Numbered from the stretch's first letter, positions 1 to 11,900 are shown. The stretch: 24,387 bases of DNA from Tubiluchus corallicola (GCA_030141605.1 JAQGDQ010001817.1:1-24387), one strand, 5' to 3'. Translations and numbers: made by a program. The notes: generated by a model from the letters alone, not told the origin.

Positions 1-1480
1 ATCAAATATTTCACGCTGGAAAAAGAAAACACGATTGTTTAATAAAATATTCCACACTGGAAAAAGAAAGCACGATTGTTTATAAAAGATTCCGCACTCT
101 AAAAAGAAAACACGATTAATTAATAAAAGACTCCGCACTGAAAAAAGAAAAGAAGATTGTTTAATAGAAAAATCTTCACTGGAAAAAGAAAACACAATTG
201 TTTAGTAAAATATTCCACACTGGAAAAGGAAAACACGATTGTTTAATAAAATATTCCACACTGGAAAAAGAACACATGATTGTTTAATAAAAGATTCCAC
301 ACTGGAAAAAGAAAACACGATTGTTTAATAAAAGATTCCACACTGGAAAAAGAAAACACGATTGTTTAATAAAAGATACCACAGTGAAAAAAGAAAACAC
401 GATTGTTTAATAAAAGATTCCACACTGGAAAAAGAAAACACGATTGTTTATAAAAGATTCCACACTGGAAAAAGAAAACACGATTGTTTAATAAAAGATT
501 CCACACTGGAAAAAGAAAACACGATTGTTTATAAAAGATTCCGCACTGGAAAAAGAAAACACGATTGTTTAATAAAAGATTCCGCACTGGAAAAACAAAA
601 GACGATTGTTTAATAAAAAATTCCACACTGGAAAAAGAAAACACGATTGTTTAATAAAATATTCCACTCTGGAAAAAGAACACATGATTGTTTAATAAAA
701 GATTCCACACTGGAAAAAGAACACATGATTGTTTAATAAAAGATTCCACACTGGAAAAAGAAAACACGATTGTTTAATAAAAGATTCCACGCTGGAAAAA
801 GAAAACATGATTGTTTAATAAAAGATTCCACGTTGGAAAAAGAACACATGATTGTTTAATGAAAGATTCCACGTTGGAAAAAGAACACACGATTGTTTAA
901 TAAAAGATTCCACACTGGAAAAAGAAAACACGATTGTTTATAAAAGATTCCACACTGGAAAAAGAAAACACGATTGTTTAATAAAAGATTCCACACTGGA
1001 AAAAGAAAACACGATTGTTTATAAAAGATTCCACACTGGAAAAAGAAAACACGATTGTTTAATAAAAGATTCCACACTGGAAAAAGAAAACACGATTGTT
1101 TATAAAAGATTCCACACTGGAAAAAGAAAACACGATTGTTTAATAAAAGATTCCACACTGGAAAAAGAAAACACGATTGTTTATAAAAGATTCCACACTG
1201 GAAAAAGAAAACACGATTGTTTAATAAAAGATTCCACACTGGAAAAAGAAAACACGATTGTTTAATAAAAGATTCCACACTGGAAAAAGAAAACACGATT
1301 GTTTAATAAAAGATTCCACACTGGAAAAAGAAAACACGATTGTTTAATAAAAGATTCCACACTGGAAAAAGAAAACACGATCATTTAATAAAAGATTCCG
1401 CACTGGAAAAAGAAAACACGATCGTTTAATAAAAGATTCCGCACTGGAAAAAGAAAACACGATCGTTTAATAAAAGATTT
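1..1480. repeat. 41-bp tandem satellite (TTCCACACTGGAAAAAGAAAACACGATTGTTTAATAAAAGA), about 36 copies, runs off the left edge
   Basis: Directly visible tandem array. Some units are 40 bp (TTTATAAAAG variant). Explains ORFs 362..613, 366..644, 852..1265 and 856..1296. Confidence 0.97.
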
Positions 1481-1532
1481 CATTTTATGGAATCTGTTAT
1501 CAAGTTTATCTATTCTCTACACTAAAAGTTAC

Positions 1533-1694
1533 CACTCAGCGTATTTGCATCCATTACTTTATTTCTGAATTTGGTCATCAACCTATTTATTAACACTATA
1601 GATACTGCGGACATATTTATAAAATTGTTTCTTTTCAGAAACAGACGCAGATCAGTTCCATCCAACAGGGCTGATCCGGTTCTGACCCGCCAAT
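1533..1694 (-). CDS. Possible further exon of the cadherin-like gene (DWRVRTGSALLDG...MDANTLS)
   Basis: 162-bp open frame between ttcag| and |gtaact. Its phase-1 start fits the phase-1 end of exon 2036-2211 (G+AT=Asp). The polypyrimidine tract is weak and there is no recognisable motif. Confidence 0.3.
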
Positions 1695-2035
1695 CTGAAT
1701 TTTTGGTTACTTATGTAGTTAACAGGTTAAACAATTACTTGTGGTATATTAGTAATACTATTGACCTAGTTTCTACATGATTATTGTTAATTACGTGTAT
1801 ATGAACTACCCTTACAAAAAGGCAGGCTAAGCAACTGTTTGTTGTGTAGTTCGTTGTACTTGTGTCACTTATATAGCAGCCAGTCACAGTAACTGCTTGT
1901 GGTGTGTTACACAATGCTTTTTTTACATGAATATGAACGGATACACATTTTCCGAGAATAATAATAATTTTTTTAAATTGGGCGCGTAAAATGGGCCCAT
2001 TGGCTAACATGCTCCTGTCCATCCATCACACATAC

Positions 2036-2211
2036 CAAGCAGATTCACGGTAACTTTCACTGCAGAACATCGTCTTTCTTCGTTGAGTAATTTCTCTGGT
2101 TTATTACAAGCAATTACAGCAAAGGCTGCACGATCAGTGCACAGGTCCGTTATCAGCTTATTAGTATGAATGATTGCACTGTTATTAACACCATCTACAA
2201 CGTGAAAATAC
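2036..2211 (-). CDS. Cadherin-like gene, exon h (YFHVVDGVNNSAIIHTNK...CSAVKVTVNLL)
   Basis: Acceptor ttttgtcttttag|G, donor TTG|gtatgt, 176 bp. Phase 2 matches the upstream exon (AA+G=Lys). Ends in a cadherin G-strand-like VKVTVNLL. Confidence 0.82.
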
Positions 2212-2619
2212 CTAAAAGACAAAATCATAAAGTAAGAAAGCAAAATAAGATCCCTGAAATCCTGAATGCAAGCCGGTATTTAGCACTTAACGGTTCTTGC
2301 ACTTTAGTTGACATTGGCAAAACCAGGATCTTATTATAAAGGAAAACCGTCTAACGTGAGACACTGAACCAGTAGATATTAATGTAAATTTCAGAGATAA
2401 AGGTAATTTATGCACAAAGGCTGAAACGTTAAACGTTCAACCTAATGTAAGAACTAATGAAATGTTTGGTAAAAGAAACAATCACACATTGAAAAACAGA
2501 GTAACTGCCTAAGTTTAGCCAGAATCCAACCAGCAGAAATGAATAGATGGACATTTCACTACTTTTTCACATTTAGCTATGTGAACGATATTTTTATTTC
2601 TCGCCATGATACACACTTC

Positions 2620-4947
2620 CCAACGCCATACATGCAGTTACATAGCAGAATTTTGTTGGTTTACCAACGCCACACATGCAGTTACATAGTAGAATTTTGT
2701 TGGCTTGCCAACGCCATACATGCAGTTACATAGCAGAATTTTGTTGGCTTACAAACGTCACACGTGCAGTTACATAGTAGAATTTTGTTGGCTTGCCAAC
2801 GCCACACATGCAGTTACATAGCAGAATTTTGTTGGCTTACCAACGCCACACATGCAGTTACATAGTAGAATTTCGTTGGCTTACCAACGTCACACATGCA
2901 GTTACATAGTAGAATTTTGTTGGCTTACCAACGCCACACATGCAGTTACATAGTAGAATTTTTTTATTTTACCAATGCCACACATGCAGTTACATAGTGG
3001 AATTTTGTTGGCTTGCCAACGCCACACAGCAGTTACGCAATTTTGTTCCAACCACCCTCAGTTACATAGTGAAATTTCGTTGGTTACCAACCAACATCAT
3101 TAACTTCCAACACATGCATTACATAATTTGTTCTTCCACACCTCAGTGAATTTCGTTGGTTACCAACGCAACATCAGTTATAGTAGAATTTCTTGGCACC
3201 AACGCCACACATGCAGTTACATAGTGAAATTTTGTTGGCTTGCCAACGCCACACATGCAGTTACATAGCAGAATTTTGTTGGCTTGCCAATGCCACCCTT
3301 GCAGTTACATAGTGAAATTTCGTTGGTTTACCAACGCAACATGCAGTTACATAGTAGAATTTCGTTGGCTTACCAACGCCACACATGCAGTTACATAGTG
3401 AAATTTTGTTGGTTTACCAACGTCACACATGCAGTTACATAGCAGAATTTTGTTGGCTTGCCAACGCCACACATGCAGTTACATAGTAGAATTTCGTTGG
3501 CTTACCAACGCCAACATGCAGTTACATAGAGAATTTGTTGGCTTAAACGCACACTGCAGTTACATAGAGAATTTGTTGGCTTCCAACGCCACACATGCAG
3601 TTACATAGTGAAATTTCGTTGGTTTACCAACGCAACATGCAGTTACATAGTAGAATTTCGTTGGCTTACCAACGCCACACATGCAGTTACATAGTAGAAT
3701 TTTGTTGGCTTACCAACGCCACACATGCAGTTACATAGTAGAATTTCGTTGGCTTACCAACGCCACACATGCAGTTACATAGCAGAATTTCGTTGGCTTA
3801 CCAACGCCACACATGCAGTTACATAGCAGAATTTCGTTGGCTTACCAACGCCACACATGCAGTTACATAGTGGAATTTCGTTGGCTTACCAACGCCACAC
3901 ATGCAGTTACATAGCAGAATTTCGTTGGCTTACCAACGCCACACATGCAGTTACATAGTGGAATTTTGTTGGCTTACCAACGCCACACATGCAGTTACAT
4001 AGCAGAATTTCGTTGGCTTACCAACGCCAGACATGCAGTTACATAGTAGAATTTTGTTGGCTTACCAACTCCACGCATGCAGTTACATAGCAGAATTTCG
4101 TTGGCTTACCAACGCCACACATGCAGTTACATAGTAGAGTTTTGATAGTTTACCAATGCCACACATGCAGTTACATAGTGAAATTTTGTTGGCTTGCCAA
4201 CGCCACACATGCAGCTACATAGCAGAATTTTGTTGGCTTGCCAACGCCACACATGCAGTTACATACTGAAATTTTGTTGGTTTACCAACGCCACACATGC
4301 AGTTACATAGTAGAATTTCGTTGGCTTACCAACGCCACACATGCAGTTACATAGTGAAATTTTGTTGGTTTACCAACGCCACACATGCAGTTACAAAGCA
4401 GAATTTTGTTTTCTTATCAACGTCACACATGCAATTACATAGTAGAATTTTGTTGGCTTGCCAACGCCACACATGCAGTTACATAGTAGAATTTCGTTGG
4501 CTTACCAACGCCATACATGCAGTTACAAAGCAGAATTTTGTTGGCTTACCAACGTCACACATGCAGTTACATAGCAGAATTTTGTTGGTTTACCAACGCC
4601 ACACATGCAGTTACATAGTAGAATTTTGTTGGCTTACCAACGCCACACATGCAGTTACATAGTGGAATTTTGTTGGCTTACCAACACCACACATGCAGTT
4701 ACATAGTGGAATTTTGTTGGCTTACCAACACCACACATGCAGTTACATAGTAGAATTTGTTGGCTTACCAACACCACACATGCAGTTACATAGTGGAATT
4801 TTGTTGGCTTACCAACGCCACACATGCAGTTACATAGTGGAATTTTGTTGGCTTACCAACACCACACATGCAGTTACATAGTGGAATTTTGTTGGCTTAC
4901 CAACGCCACACATGCAGTTACATGGTAGAATTTTGTTGGCTTACCAA
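2620..4947. repeat. 44-bp tandem satellite (CCAACGCCACACATGCAGTTACATAGTAGAATTTTGTTGGCTTA), about 53 copies, intronic
   Basis: Directly visible, 44-bp period (e.g. TTGGCT at 3661 and 3705). No unique spacers. Confidence 0.97.
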
Positions 4948-5235
4948 TATCACAGAATAACCTTTATTCTTGAAACTTATAATTCATATCTAATTGTTCA
5001 GCAATCTTAACGAATGGAAATTATGAAACCTTTCAAAGTTGTCATTCTTTGCAAATAATTAGACTTTGCTTTGTGTTACGTAAAATCGTGAAAATTACTC
5101 ACAGTAGACATTGTTGCTTTTCATCAAGAAGCTTTTCAAAAGGTATCACAAGAGAAAGATAGCAAATGCAATAAACAGCGCTTGACTGTCACATTTGTAG
5201 GACCTATAAAAACTTATGCATTGTACACAACTTAC

Positions 5236-5848
5236 TTTTTCAAAGCAGCAGTTTTATATCTTATCTTGTCATTGGCAGAATTGTAAGCATAAACATAGCC
5301 CACTTCAAAAGTTTTGCTGTGGCGATTAAAATAAAACCTGTACGATGGCTGTGAAAACTTGGGATTTTTATTGTTCGTCTGCACAACGTCGAGTTTAACA
5401 TCGAATTGCTCTTTGCCCCTACGGTCATCTCTAGCCGTTATTAAAAATTCGTAGGGAGATAAACTGCTGTCCAATACATCCATGTTTTTCAACAGTCCAG
5501 AAGATGTAATACTGAATTTTGATGCTGAATCAGAAGATGCACTAGATTTCGCTTTTAAGTGCCATCTAATATGCTGGAGGGTGTCGTTAGTATGTCTGCC
5601 GACCGTTAGGATGTTGCTGTCTACAGGAATATTAGCTAAAACTGTTCTTCTGATGATTCTGTCCTCCGTAACCGTACCGGTGTTGTTTACAGTAATTTCT
5701 AACACGTTGGTGGTGTATCGGTGCTGAGAGCGGAGTGTTGTAGTCTTGATCAGTAGAAAATGGTGAGCACCAGGCTTTAGCTTTCCTGCAACCCTCACAG
5801 CTCCACATGTTCTGCTCATAATGAAGCCATACTTACGTGCTTGGGCTT
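5236..5848 (-). CDS. Cadherin-like gene, exon g (613 bp; about two cadherin repeats' worth of sequence)
   Basis: Lies within ORF 5232..5861. Acceptor atttctttag|AA, donor AAAAA|gtaag. Cadherin-like pattern FSITSSGLL..VLD..YEFLITARD..VKLDVVQTNNKNPKFSQPSY..VGYVYAY. Phases 1 and 2 match both neighbours. Confidence 0.9.
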
Positions 5849-5872
5849 CTAAAGAAATCATTGTAAATAAAT

Positions 5873-6410
5873 TAGTACGGCGTGGCTAAGTTACGTGACA
5901 GGGGGCTAACATGTCCAACTTGGTGCAAATAAATACCTTTGTCGTTCAATTGTTCTTATAGTATTTTGCTAGGTTTCTGTATTTTTTAGTTTATGGGTGG
6001 CTGGCTAGGTGTAGATGACCTTTACGTTTTTTTTCAAAAAGTGGGGGGGGGGGGGCAGGTCACGTGATATAGACGAAAGTGTAAAAATGCGCTCTTGTCA
6101 GTGATTGACAATATACGTGGCTCAAATCAAGGAAACTTGTTTTGCAGGAACCTGGAATAGCTCAACATACACATCCAGCTCATCCCACACTTCCTTATTT
6201 GTGAAACGTCCTATGAGGAACTCAGCAACAAGCTTAATTGTTAAATGTTAGCGGCAGCCATTTTCAAATCCAAAATGGAGACCGACGATGTGCACAAAAA
6301 AACGGTACCTACCATTTTTGAATTCAGCACCCCCGAATTGACTTAACTGGCTACACAAAAAACAATCTTTGCACAAAAATAGAGCAGGAATGCACAAGGG
6401 CGTGTACCAA
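5873..6410. mobile_element. Probable degenerate non-autonomous DNA-transposon relic (boundaries approximate)
   Basis: Motifs I associate with invertebrate MITEs (CCATTTT-caaatcc-AAAATGG palindrome, GAATTCAGCACCCCC, poly-G run). No clean TIR or TSD found. Confidence 0.3.
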
Positions 6411-6765
6411 TACGAAACAATCTATCCAGTACAATATTGAAAGGCTAAGATAGCTGACGTGAAAGAATTATTACTACAAAAACCTAATTTCGCACTGTTA
6501 GTTTTTCAACATCATATACATTTCACCATTTGCTAGTTAGATGGGCACTGGCGCATGCATCTCGGAAACGCGCTGCACAAAAAAGAGGCACTGTACCTCC
6601 GAGTTCAGATGTTTTTATTTGACGTTGACATTGATGCCACTAACATTGGTACTTTTGTTCAGTGTGGTTTTGATGCGGCGAACACGTACGAGAGCTCATG
6701 CGCGAGCATTGCCGAGATTTTGTGTATCACACTGAATTTTGTACAGAATACTGCTAACATCAATA

Positions 6766-7451
6766 GATGAAATATCTCCATAAGGTGTCAGCTAAATCGA
6801 TGAGATATCTCTATAAGGTGTCAGCTAAATCGATGAGATATCTCCATAAGATGTCAGCTAAATCGACGTGATATCTCCATAAGGTGCAGCTAATCGACTA
6901 GATATCTCCATAAGGTGTCAGCTAAATCGATGAGATATCTCCATAAGGTGTCAGCTAAATCGACAAGATATCTCCATAAGATGTCAGCCAAATCGATGAG
7001 ATATCTCCATAAGGTGTCAGCTAAATCGATGAGATATCTCCATAAGGTGTCAGCTAAATCGATGAGATATCTTCATAAGGTGCAGCTAATCGACAAGATA
7101 TCTCCATAAGATGTCAGCTAAATCGATGAGATATCTCCATAAGGTGTCAGCTAAATCGACGTGATATCTCCATAAGGTGTCAGCTAAATCGATGAGATAT
7201 CTCCATAAGGTGTCAGCTAAATCGATGAGATATCTCCATAAGGTGCAGCTAATCGACAAGATATCTCCATAAGATGTCAGCTAAATCGATGAGATATCTC
7301 CATAAGGTGTCAGCTAAATCGATGAGATATCTCCATAAGGTGTCAGCTAAATCGATGAGATATCTCTATAAGGTGTAGCTAATCGATGAGATATCTCCAT
7401 AAGGTGTCAGCTAAATCGACGTGATATCTCCATAAGGTGTCAGCTAAATCG
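6766..7451. repeat. 33-bp minisatellite (GATATCTCCATAAGGTGTCAGCTAAATCGATGA), about 21 copies with recurring 31-bp variants
   Basis: Directly visible. Explains the 11-aa periodic ORF 6915..7109. Confidence 0.96.
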
Positions 7452-7549
7452 CACACCACAAACGCCAGCACTATAAAAAAGTATTTGATGTTGGTTTGTC
7501 TTTCAGTCGTCTAACAATGCTTTTGTAGTCTGTATACCTTATGCCTTAA

Positions 7550-8157
7550 AGGACAGGAAAATGGCCACCTGAAGTAGCTTTCAGATTTAAAAAATTATAC
7601 TACTTTACAGGAATTTTATGCACACTCGCGTTCAAAGGAACTTATACAGCTCTGACGGCGCCATTACATGACGTCACTACACAAACGTACATCTGGGGAA
7701 GAAAAGCAAATGTTGAATTATGTCCCAAAAAATTTTCCATGCAAATCTATATTACTTAGCATTTCACTTACCTGCTGGAAAGACTTACGTAACTAGACTA
7801 ATAATTTAAATGTTTGTGCCAATTGGTAAAATGTCGTTGACTCACCTCCAGGGTGCGCCACTCACTAGCCAAAAACGTATTTTTAATCTTATTGACAAGA
7901 TGCAGTAATTTAAAATTTTACTCAATTAGCAACATGTACGCTACGAATGCACTGATTATTTTTTCAAACTTTATTCAGTGCTATCTAAACTTGTTTCAAA
8001 CGACCTACCATTAAAATGGCTGCGCCTAACAGACATCACCTTTACACGTTTTAAACAGCGTTACAGTCAATGCAATTCGAAAAGTTAGTATGTAAGTGGT
8101 ATGAAATTTCGAGACGAAATTTTTAAGCTTTATGTAAGTGGAGGGTTTTCTTGTGCT
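7550..8157. mobile_element. TTAA-flanked MITE, Kolobok/T2-like, apparently intact copy
   Basis: TTAA at 7546-7549 and 8158-8161. Imperfect TIR AGGACAGGAAAA / TTTTCTTGTGCT (10/12). A second, inverted copy starts at 12298. Superfamily inferred from the TTAA TSD plus AG...CT termini. Confidence 0.75.
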
Positions 8158-8344
8158 TTAAATTACATGCCTGTTGCTCTTTTGATATTCTTACTTGTAT
8201 TCTGTATGCAATTATGGTTCTGCTTATGGAGCTTTTTCTTGCACTGATACTTGCATTTGCACATGAAACTCGTATGCTCCTAAGTTCAATAACATTTAAC
8301 GATTACTATAATGATTCAATATTGCAGATTAATTTCGTACAAAC

Positions 8345-8429
8345 CATCTTGAAATCCGTACAAAGTTGTGCTATTTTCACTCTCGTCCACTGCCATTATT
8401 CGACGTGGTTGTATGTTCAATAGAAACCC
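8345..8429 (-). CDS. Cadherin-like gene, exon f (GFLLNIQPRRIMAVDESENSTTLYGFQD)
   Basis: Acceptor tgttgtag|GGG, donor GATG|gtttgt, 85 bp. Phase 0 to 1 exactly bridges exons 10116-10244 and 5236-5848. Has the L.I.P..I.A.D pattern. Confidence 0.85.
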
Positions 8430-8502
8430 CTACAACATTAATTCACTTTTACTAACAAAACCACCTTTTGCTTCCTTATTTATTTTCACATTCTACAGAC
8501 TA

Positions 8503-8575
8503 CATAAGCGTACGGGCCGATTTTTCCAAGGAGGGGGGGGGGGGGGGGCGAGCCACTTTTGCCCGAAAAATACAG
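8503..8575. mobile_element. Possible end fragment of a hAT-like MITE (CATAAGCGTACGGGCC...poly-G...GCCCGAAAAA)
   Basis: Resembles, from memory, CATAGGCGTA-type MITE termini. No matching second end seen. Confidence 0.3.
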
Positions 8576-8690
8576 TACCAACCTGAAAAAAGAAATGGCA
8601 AAACTTCGAGTTGGGAATTACCTCACCCCACTCCCTGATCAATCTTTTTGGTTGAATTTGATAACTGCAGCATTTTTTACACAAACAAAT

Positions 8691-10008
8691 TTCGTAATCA
8701 TTAATTTAAGTGATTAATTAATGGAGTTATTAACTTCATTAGATTATGTTGATAAAGCAGATACCTCCTAATTGGGTTAGATAAATTTATTGATGGATTA
8801 GGATAACTCAGTTAGTTGGTTAAAGCACGATATTTAATGAGAAGCGAAATTATCTTCACAGAGGTGTTAGAGTTTATTAGATGTAGAACAGGTGTTCATT
8901 TAAGAGAGCGTAGGAGTTTCGCAGGTGTTTAGTTTAGTGAAGCGAAGCTTATTTTTATAACTTTGCGTAGTTAGATAATAGCCTCATGTAATGTTATGTA
9001 GAGTTGCCAACTATTATTAAGAAATAGCGAAGAGTGGTTTTCTTTGAAAGAGAGGTTTATGGCCCAAGCGACGCAGGGAACAATCTCTGAGAGTTGATGA
9101 TGTGAAGGACGGAGGATCGAATAGCGGTTTTTCTCATGAAAGAAGCTACGTTAGCAGCCACCTGGATGGTTGGAAAGTTTGTAAACCTACAAGTCAAGGA
9201 TGTCACCTTTGAACTATTGCGACATATTGCCGCGTTTGCGCGAAAGGTTACCAAAGTTCCATTTGGGTATATAAGACGATGTTTTGAGGAAAACGTTGCT
9301 AGTCGGATGTGAATCAAAAGTGAGTTAGTTTGTCAGTCGTGAGTTGGTTCGGGAGTTAGTGAACCAAGTGCCAAGTTCGGTGAGGCTACTGGAATTCTGA
9401 AAGAAGCAGAGACAACGTTGGACCAGCGTAGACATCAATCTGCGTCCTCAACTAATTGAGCACTGGATCTGCGATTTAGTCTTGCATCAGAATTGGATTT
9501 GACCAAATGAATAGTCGTCACATTGGTCATTCCACCGAGTTAAGTAATCTTAACATATCGTAACTTGAGAGCAACTCTGCATAGTAGAAATTCACAGTGT
9601 AATAGACACCTTAAGTGTAACATTCAGTTGATTGTAATTGCATACTTCACATTGTAATTAGCACCTTAAGCAAGAAAATGGTTAAGTGAATCTGATTAGT
9701 GTCTCTTGGAGCTAACTATTATTTGTGAGCGTCGATTGGCGATTAAGATCAAACATTGTAATATTAGTTAACTAAGAGTAATTGTTGTAAAACAATAAAT
9801 GATTTCACTTTAACTTAAAGGACTAGTTTATGTATGCTTATAAGTGTTTCAGTTAAGCAACCTTAAATTCGGTAAACGAAACTGAAGATTCGCTGTGTAC
9901 ATATCATTAATTTAACTTACAAGTTCAATTGCGGGAACTAACCTAGTAAGCTTTAGAGATAAAGACTTTAATCACAACGCGAAGTCATAGAAATAGTCTC
10001 GTGGGACA
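8691..10008 (+). mobile_element. About 1.3-kb solo-LTR-like element, diverged relative of 12377-16087
   Basis: Collinear shared blocks with the 12.4-16.1 kb element (ATTAGATTATG, ATTGGTCATTCC..GAGTTAAGT, CAATAAA, CTGAAGATTCGC, ATTGCGGGA, TCACAACGC). Ends ...GGGACA. Left boundary and TSD (AAAT/AGAT) uncertain. Confidence 0.55.
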
Positions 10009-10115
10009 AGATCATAGCCCTATAGACTAATCTTAAGCTCTAGGAGCCAGGTGTAATTAACATACACGTATACCATACGTATGTAACATACAACATACAT
10101 ATTGTACCATCTTAC

Positions 10116-10244
10116 CACGTATGCATTATCAAGCACAGATGCCTTGTATGGCGCCCCAAGAAAAACCGGATTAAGATCAGGACTAAATAGAATCTCAGCA
10201 GTCAAATTTGTTTCGTTTGAGAAAGTTACTTCTGTACCTCCGTC
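10116..10244 (-). CDS. Cadherin-like gene, exon e (DGGTEVTFSNETNLTAEILFSPDLNPVFLGAPYKASVLDNAYV)
   Basis: Acceptor gttttctgcag|GAC, donor GTG|gtaaga, 129 bp, phase 0-0. DGG...DLNPVF...Y.ASV is a cadherin linker pattern. Confidence 0.92.
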
Positions 10245-10630
10245 CTGCAGAAAACAGATATAAAATTGGCAAACTTTTCAAAGCTAAATTTTTAAATAAA
10301 GTTTGGCTTCACGACACGGAATTGAGCAGTAACTCAGCCAAAGTTTCTTCACCAATACGAAAATATGTAAACTAACAGCCTCAAAAGCAATAGTTAAAAC
10401 TTTTAAGCAATATTATATTGAAATAAAAAAAATTAAGTCCGTTCCTCCACACTTCAGTTTAAATATTATTAATCGCCCTCTGGTTATAATAAGACGAGTG
10501 ACTCGACTGGCTGCCACTTTGCTTGCCAAAATATACATGGTATATTCATTTGTATGAATTTTAATGATGATAATGAATTTATCTGTCTGTGTGTGCGTAG
10601 GTCCGTCAGTCCACCCGACCGTGCGTGCAT

Positions 10631-10870
10631 CCATCCATCCATCCATCCATCCATCCATCCATCCATCCATCCATCCATCCATCCATCCATCCATCCATCC
10701 ATCCATCCATCCATCCATCCATCCATCCATCCATCCATCCATCCATCCATACATACATACATACATACATACATACATACATACATACATACATACATAC
10801 ATACATACATACATACATACATACATACATACATACATACATACATACATACATACATACATACATACAT
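10631..10870. repeat. Compound tetranucleotide microsatellite (CCAT)30(ACAT)30
   Basis: Directly visible. Explains six low-complexity ORFs at 10413-10911. Confidence 0.99.
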
Positions 10871-11031
10871 TTTATAATTTGTTTTTCCATTTAACAGCGA
10901 GCAAGCAATAACGAACAGATGTTGTTAGCTAAATAGACAAATTCAAGCAAATATACAACCAACCTATCAATAATACATGTCTGGGTACACTAATGAGCGT
11001 ATAACAACCAGAATATTAACAAAAACGTTAC

Positions 11032-11133
11032 CTGCACTTTTATAATCAAGTAAAATGAGTCAACATCTCTGAATACAAAACGTTTTTTAAGAATTATAGT
11101 GCCGTCCCGTTTGTCCGGAATTTCAAAGAACTT
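11032..11133 (-). CDS. Cadherin-like gene, exon d (KFFEIPDKRDGTIILKKRFVFRDVDSFYLIIKVQ)
   Basis: Acceptor ttttttgacag|AAG, donor CAG|gtaacg, 102 bp, phase 0-0. FEIP...G.I.L.KR matches cadherin D/E strands. Confidence 0.92.
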
Positions 11134-11280
11134 CTGTCAAAAAATAAAAATTAAGTGCAAGATTGATTTTAACAAACACATGCATGATAAAGCGATAATA
11201 TTAACACAGTTAAAGCAACCCAATCTAAAACTACAAGTCAGAACAATCTGCTTATTCCCTACATTCTGGGCAGAAAAAGT

Positions 11281-11900
11281 TCAGGTGACCTTAAATGGGA
11301 AGCTAATGTGCTCTGTTGTTTAAAAAAGGCCCGCCAAGGTCTGGACTTTTTAAGACAACTCAAATCGTTTAACATTTCCCCTGATGTGATAGAGAGTTTT
11401 TATCGTGCAGTAATTGAGAGCGTCTTCACAACATCCGTCACTGTTTGGTATGGCGCTACCACTCAGGAAGATCGCAATGCTCTTGATAAAGTTGTTAAAT
11501 CCGCTTCAAAAATTACAGGAGTTGAACAGCAATCAATGGCATATTTGTATGAAACTAGGGTGGCAAAGAGAGCGCAAGTTATCATGAAAGATGAATTTCA
11601 TCCAGGCAATAAATACTTTGAATTGCTCCCCTCTGGTGGTAGATTCTGCTCAATTAACGCTAAAACCACAAGAAATTTAAATTCTTTCTATCCCGTTGCA
11701 ATTCCCACCATCAATAGTAAATTTCAGTAAATCTCTAATATTAATTCTCTATGTCACTGTACAACTGATTGAATTATTTATGTTAATCTCCTTGTTGTTT
11801 CCATAAGTTGTTGCAGTACGTAAAATCACGTAAATTTCATTGTATGTATTATGCTCTAATGACAGTGAATTACTTACTTACTTATTGTTACTTATTGTTT
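11281..11900 (+). mobile_element. 5'-truncated non-LTR retrotransposon (Rex1/Babar-type LINE): C-terminal ORF region, 3' UTR and (TTAC)n tail
   Basis: Open frame 11281-11730 reads DLKWEAN..KKARQGLDFLRQLKSF..FYRAVIESV..VWYG..HPG..FELLPSG..NSFYP, typical of the post-RT (DUF1891-like) region. Short tandem tail TTACTTACTTACTTA at about 11870-11885. Antisense to the host gene. No TSD seen. Confidence 0.9.

Noticed and set aside
362-1296. Repetitive 83-146 aa ORFs on both strands
   Set aside because: By-products of the 81-bp satellite dimer being a multiple of three.
1816-1916. Alternative minus-strand exon (ALCNTPQAVTVTGC...CLACLF) inside ORF 1735..2022
   Set aside because: Good donor and compatible phase, but the acceptor is an A-run without a pyrimidine tract and there is no motif support. 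It cannot be called without RNA data.
2620-4947. CRISPR-like array of hairpin-containing repeats
   Set aside because: The units are contiguous with no unique spacers, there are no cas genes, and it lies in a spliceosomal intron. The same lack of spacers applies to the 41- and 33-bp arrays.
10413-10911. [16 protein letters not shown] repeat proteins
   Set aside because: Translations of the tetranucleotide microsatellite.
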